The translations under genes were made by a program, and so were the position numbers. A stretch of 12,205 nt of DNA from Amoeboradix gromovi X-113. Its lineage: Eukaryota; Fungi; Sanchytriomycota. The notes under the pieces were generated by a model, which saw nothing but the letters and a program-made list of their open reading frames with translations, searched no databases and was not told the DNA's origin. Positions 8,663 through 12,205 of this stretch are shown in pieces (position 1 is the first letter of the stretch; the number at the start of each line of letters is the position of its first letter). The stretch is taken from the NCBI GenBank assembly GCA_018985225.1, contig JADGIF010000269.1:1-12205 (forward strand). The letters are read 5' to 3'.

Positions 8663-9562
8663 TTAAAATTCATATAGTTTGTCCGTCTTTTGGGGAGCCA
8701 AGTCAATCGATGAGTCACCAATGGGAGGGAAATCAACAAGACCAGACGGCTCTCCACCATCAGAACGATCGGTATTCAATTTCAACAACTCCTTTGGATC
8801 TTTAGTTCTAAGGCCACTTAAATCGTCAGGTGTCTTGGGCATTTCATCATCGGCACCGTTTAAATCGGCACTTCCGCTACTATTGGGTTTCGCGCTTCTT
8901 CCTAATTTGTCAATTTTCTCTGATAGCGTACTCGGATCAAACTCGAGGCTACTGAATAAAGAGAACACTGCATCCGGAGAAAAAAATCCAATTTCTTTGT
9001 TAGACGATTTCAACTGTGTTGCCAAAACTGTCAGGAACCGCGCCATTGCAGAGCTCTCTCCAAAAACTTTACCAGATCTTTCGAGCAACTTACCAATTTC
9101 AACTTCGGATATTGAACTGTTCAACTGCTTAACCCAATCAAACGATTTTGAAGCTATTAATTTGGAATTGACTATCTCTGCAATTTGGAATGCCACCGTG
9201 TCGTGGCTAGCAGCTTTTCCGGATTCTTCTGAGCAAGTTGCTTTGTGAAGAGAACGAGAGTACAAGATGCTAGAAACTATAGCCTGTGCTCTCTGCCCAT
9301 TTCCAGAACTCAAACTCTTTGAGCTTGTAATACAAGACTTTGGTAAATTTGGCTTCGCAAGTCCTTCAAAGCTAGCTTGAAATGCAGACTCACAGCTGAC
9401 ACTGCAATGAGTCTTGCATTCAGTTGCAATTTTCTCCAACTGCGTTCTCAAGTAGCTACTGCAACTCGCTGAATCCACAAATCCATTTGAAAAAAATGCG
9501 TCATACGAATAAACGGACAAAATCAACATGAGCCAAATAGGGGGTCCCGCCTTTTGTGTCAT
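8663..9562 (-). CDS. Orphan putative secreted protein with Cys-containing N-terminal half and acidic low-complexity tail; start 9562 (MTQKAG) or 9529 (MLILSVYS)
   Basis: About 290-300 codon ORF with hydrophobic LMLILSVYS-YD, six Cys (including CKTHCSVSC) and a D/P/G-rich C-terminus. The stop overlaps AATAAA. Confidence 0.75.
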   Translation of the reverse strand: MTQKAGPPIWLMLILSVYSYDAFFSNGFVDSASCSSYLRTQLEKIATECKTHCSVSCESAFQASFEGLAKPNLPKSCITSSKSLSSGNGQRAQAIVSSILYSRSLHKATCSEESGKAASHDTVAFQIAEIVNSKLIASKSFDWVKQLNSSISEVEIGKLLERSGKVFGESSAMARFLTVLATQLKSSNKEIGFFSPDAVFSLFSSLEFDPSTLSEKIDKLGRSAKPNSSGSADLNGADDEMPKTPDDLSGLRTKDPKELLKLNTDRSDGGEPSGLVDFPPIGDSSIDLAPQKTDKLYEF

Positions 9563-9629
9563 TGAATTCGTTTTGTGCACATGTGTAATTGTGTCATTGT
9601 TTCACAAGATTTAAAAACCAAAAGTTAAT

Positions 9630-10751
9630 TTATTTTGAAATCAAATACTGAGCTATCATCCATTCTTTCCCTTCTTTGTAGCCATATGTTTCCGAAATAG
9701 TTAAGAAGTATATGCGCCATCTGTTATAAGTTGCAATTGCACTTTGAACATCTCCTGATTCTTTCTCCAAAATGCGAATGATCTCTTTTTTGTTGCAGTC
9801 AAAGTTAATTAACCATCTTCTAGCTGTTTCCTGATAATGCTTGCCATTTATTAACCATTTCTCAACTACATTTACCTCATTAATCATATCTGGTATATCC
9901 GAGCTAATTGTCAACGATCCTGCACTGAAATGGCGCTCAACAAAAGACTTATTTTCGTTCATACTTGGGACTTTTATATGGCAGCTATCTTGCACAAACA
10001 AGTATCCATCTCCGTAATTCGATTCGTCATTTAAAAATAGCATCAATTGTGCCAAAACATGATTCCAGTTGAGTGTGTACCTCAAAATATCAATTGCCAT
10101 AATTCTATCAAACTTTTTCTCGAATCCGACGCCGTATGTCTTCATCACTTCATGAAATGACGCTGTGACACAAACGATGTTATCAATTCCCAGAAGCTTC
10201 ATTTTCTCATGTATCCACTTCTCCTGTCGCGGAACCTCTGTAATGGCAGTAATTCTTGAATTAGGATACTTTTGAGCAACATATAACGAGAATGAACCGT
10301 ATCCTGCACTTAGATCCAATATTGCCATTCCATCTTCAATTCCAGCTCTATCGCAAAAGAGCTCCATCATGTTCTCTTCAGCAGTAGACAAGTCAATGCT
10401 GGTGTCTAACCTAGTTGAATCCAAACAGGAATCCCAGGTATCATTGAAATAGCAGCAACTGAATTTAAACCAATCCCCTAAACATAGCTCAAAGAAATAA
10501 GGGGAGTAAGTTAATGGGAAAATAGAAGGCTGGGGAGATGAATAAACGGATTCGCTTTTCAATTTTTTTAAAAACTCTTTTTTTGAATCCAATTCCTCTT
10601 CTGGAGTTTGAATTTGCATATCTTGATTAAATTTTAACAGGATACGAATGAATGAATCAGTGTACAATCCATTATCTATCGCAAAGTCTTCTATTGTAGA
10701 TCGGTACTTATCAAATGCATTTAGAACCGATTTCTTGATAAAGGAAATCAT
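9630..10751 (-). CDS. Coclaurine N-methyltransferase-like / cyclopropane fatty acyl synthase family SAM-dependent methyltransferase with degenerate motifs, 373 aa
   Basis: FFELCLGDWFKFSCCYF, AEENMMELFCDRAGIEDGMAILDL, YPNSRITAIT, WLINGKHYQETARRWL, RWRIYFLTISETYGYKEGKEWMIAQYL. First ATG at 10751. Confidence 0.88.
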   Translation of the reverse strand: MISFIKKSVLNAFDKYRSTIEDFAIDNGLYTDSFIRILLKFNQDMQIQTPEEELDSKKEFLKKLKSESVYSSPQPSIFPLTYSPYFFELCLGDWFKFSCCYFNDTWDSCLDSTRLDTSIDLSTAEENMMELFCDRAGIEDGMAILDLSAGYGSFSLYVAQKYPNSRITAITEVPRQEKWIHEKMKLLGIDNIVCVTASFHEVMKTYGVGFEKKFDRIMAIDILRYTLNWNHVLAQLMLFLNDESNYGDGYLFVQDSCHIKVPSMNENKSFVERHFSAGSLTISSDIPDMINEVNVVEKWLINGKHYQETARRWLINFDCNKKEIIRILEKESGDVQSAIATYNRWRIYFLTISETYGYKEGKEWMIAQYLISK

Positions 10752-10809
10752 AAGTTTTAAAAATTGCGCCTCATAAAACCTGTCAAAAATGCTGTAAAAC
10801 AACAAAAAT

Positions 10810-11892
10810 TTATTGCGATATTAACAATGCTAAGTCCTCATTCAAAGTTACATCTAGATTCATGTCGTCATCATATGGAACGTATTCAAATGGTTTTGGT
10901 TTAGAATCAGATAATTTTAGCAACACGTAATCGATAGCAGTGTTTAGTTTGGGTGTTGCAACACTAGTCAACACATATTCTATTTCCAGTTTCTGACAAA
11001 GATTTCTAACTTCACTTTCTTGAACAATGTTATGTAAAGTTAGTAGACAAGCCGCTATTGCCGCTTCGGTGCCAAATTCAAGTACATCCATGATCAAGTT
11101 TATGGTAACTACAGGTTTAAGGACTAGATAGTTGGATTTCTCACTCAGATTTAGCAGTAGCAGAGCAAGTCCTTCTACATCTTCATTTTCTTGAGTATAA
11201 AACTTGAAATGATCGAGAATGTTTCTAGTGGCCATATCTTGAGCAAATTGGGAATTCAATGAGAGGTACGATAGAGCTTTCAAGGATATCCTCTTAGTAT
11301 AAGGCTTGGAAGTGAACAAACTGGTTAATGACTCTAACACAAGCGTTGGTTCAAGCTTATGACGAACACCTGCATATCGGCTGATGGCCAGTAGAATTTT
11401 TGCATCTGTGGGAGACCATTTATGACTAGCGAGTAAATATTCTGAAATTTCAAATGCAGAATGGTCATCTAATTTATTCTTTCTGCACAAGTCAAGTACC
11501 TGCTTTAGTTGTATTACCACAGGCTGAGGAATACTACTTTCAAATGTTTTATTTTCAACAGACTTTGCGCTATCAGGATGAGGTTTTAGTTCTACAACAG
11601 ATTGAACCCTTGTGGAAACTACAGAGTGATTTTGCTTCATTTGAGACTGTATGTCCTGCAGCAAGGATATTGCCAGCTTAACTTCAGATCCTGTAGCTTT
11701 CATATCGGATCCAGCAACTAACATCTTACTCATGTTCATTAAGTTGTCAATATCCCCTCTAGCTTTTTTATATTTGATATACAATGGTTCAGTGGAAAGC
11801 GATTTTCCGCTTTCCTTTTGAAGAAGTTCTAGAGTGTTGACATATTTGTTCTTCTTCAAAAAAATAAAGACATCTTCTAGTTGAATACTCAT
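10810..11892 (-). CDS. ARMC9: LisH + armadillo-repeat protein, ARMC9-like (ciliary/basal body), shortened, 360 aa
   Basis: N-terminal LisH-like VFIFLKKNKYVNTLELLQKES. The C-terminal ALLLLNLS...LIMDVLE...LTLHNIVQESEVRNLCQKLEIEYVL...AIDYVLLKL...DDD parallels ARMC9 (ALLMNL...GALYSILS.PSIREEA..MGME.IL...QI.FII..L..DD, recalled from memory). First ATG at 11892. Confidence 0.65.
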   Translation of the reverse strand: MSIQLEDVFIFLKKNKYVNTLELLQKESGKSLSTEPLYIKYKKARGDIDNLMNMSKMLVAGSDMKATGSEVKLAISLLQDIQSQMKQNHSVVSTRVQSVVELKPHPDSAKSVENKTFESSIPQPVVIQLKQVLDLCRKNKLDDHSAFEISEYLLASHKWSPTDAKILLAISRYAGVRHKLEPTLVLESLTSLFTSKPYTKRISLKALSYLSLNSQFAQDMATRNILDHFKFYTQENEDVEGLALLLLNLSEKSNYLVLKPVVTINLIMDVLEFGTEAAIAACLLTLHNIVQESEVRNLCQKLEIEYVLTSVATPKLNTAIDYVLLKLSDSKPKPFEYVPYDDDMNLDVTLNEDLALLISQ

Positions 11893-11941
11893 GTTTCGAA
11901 AATGCAAGACTGCAGTTGATTTAGAATTTATACCAATTAAA

Positions 11942-12025
11942 TGGGTTTTATGATTACTATGGTCCTTCTTTCTATAATTTTTAATCTAATAAGAACGGTA
12001 CATTCTGTTTATGCCATCTGACCCA
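11942..12025 (+). ncRNA. Candidate box C/D snoRNA
   Basis: Terminal stem TGGG (11942-11945)/CCCA (12022-12025), box C-like ATGATTA (11950-11956) and box D CTGA (12018-12021) directly before the 3' stem; about 84 nt. Confidence 0.35.
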
Positions 12026-12074
12026 CAATATCTCAAATTTACAGAAACTAAGAGATATATACATCCCTATTCAA

Positions 12075-12205
12075 TCCCGCTTCAGACTAGTGGGAGCGCG
12101 AACAAGCGCTGTAGCGGAATGACTGGCTCTTTCAGTCACTCTGCGGGTTTTCTCGCAAACCAGGATTATTTATGACAAGGCTACAGAGAGTTTGTAGCAC
12201 CCTGG
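12075..12205 (+). ncRNA. GC-rich multi-hairpin structured RNA candidate (possibly H/ACA-type), truncated by window end
   Basis: Five stems in 130 nt, several with G-U pairs that work only on the + strand. ANANNA-type AAACCA (12157-12162) lies between two hairpin domains. No long ORF. Confidence 0.55.

Noticed and set aside
8679-9248. 189-aa plus-strand ORF (also 11454-11681, 2280-2504 and 4515-4703)
   Set aside because: Antisense to better-supported genes or short AT-rich frames, mostly with non-ATG starts and no recognisable motifs.
12056-12205. Assignment of the structured RNA to U1/U2, SRP Alu, RNase P, TPP riboswitch, tRNA-Sec, SECIS, HDV ribozyme or group I intron
   Set aside because: Only isolated short resemblances (ATACATCCCT, CTGTAG, TTCAGACTA, ATTTATG, TTCTCGC); the other required conserved elements are missing in each case.

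Overview
Gene-dense, AT-rich eukaryotic nuclear DNA read in the standard code (TAA and TGA act as stops). It most resembles a compact-genome, early-diverging zoosporic fungus or close relative; this is an inference from fungal-like RPL28/GDI1, an ARMC9-like ciliary gene and tiny intergenic gaps. About 11 protein genes are present: a tectonin-like fragment, RPL28/uL15, a C2H2 zinc-finger protein, two tandem small secreted/membrane peptides, Rab GDI, a bHLH factor, a 6-TM class I phosphodiesterase, an orphan secreted protein, a degenerate CNMT/CFA-family methyltransferase and a shortened ARMC9. The strongest unusual signal is that both demonstrable spliceosomal introns (GDI and PDE) are exactly 19 nt and share GTAA...ATRTAG. 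Also notable: AATAAA overlaps or sits within about 15 nt of every stop codon, signal peptides look ultra-short, and the right end holds a candidate ncRNA cluster (a box C/D-like element plus a GC-rich multi-hairpin RNA running off the window).
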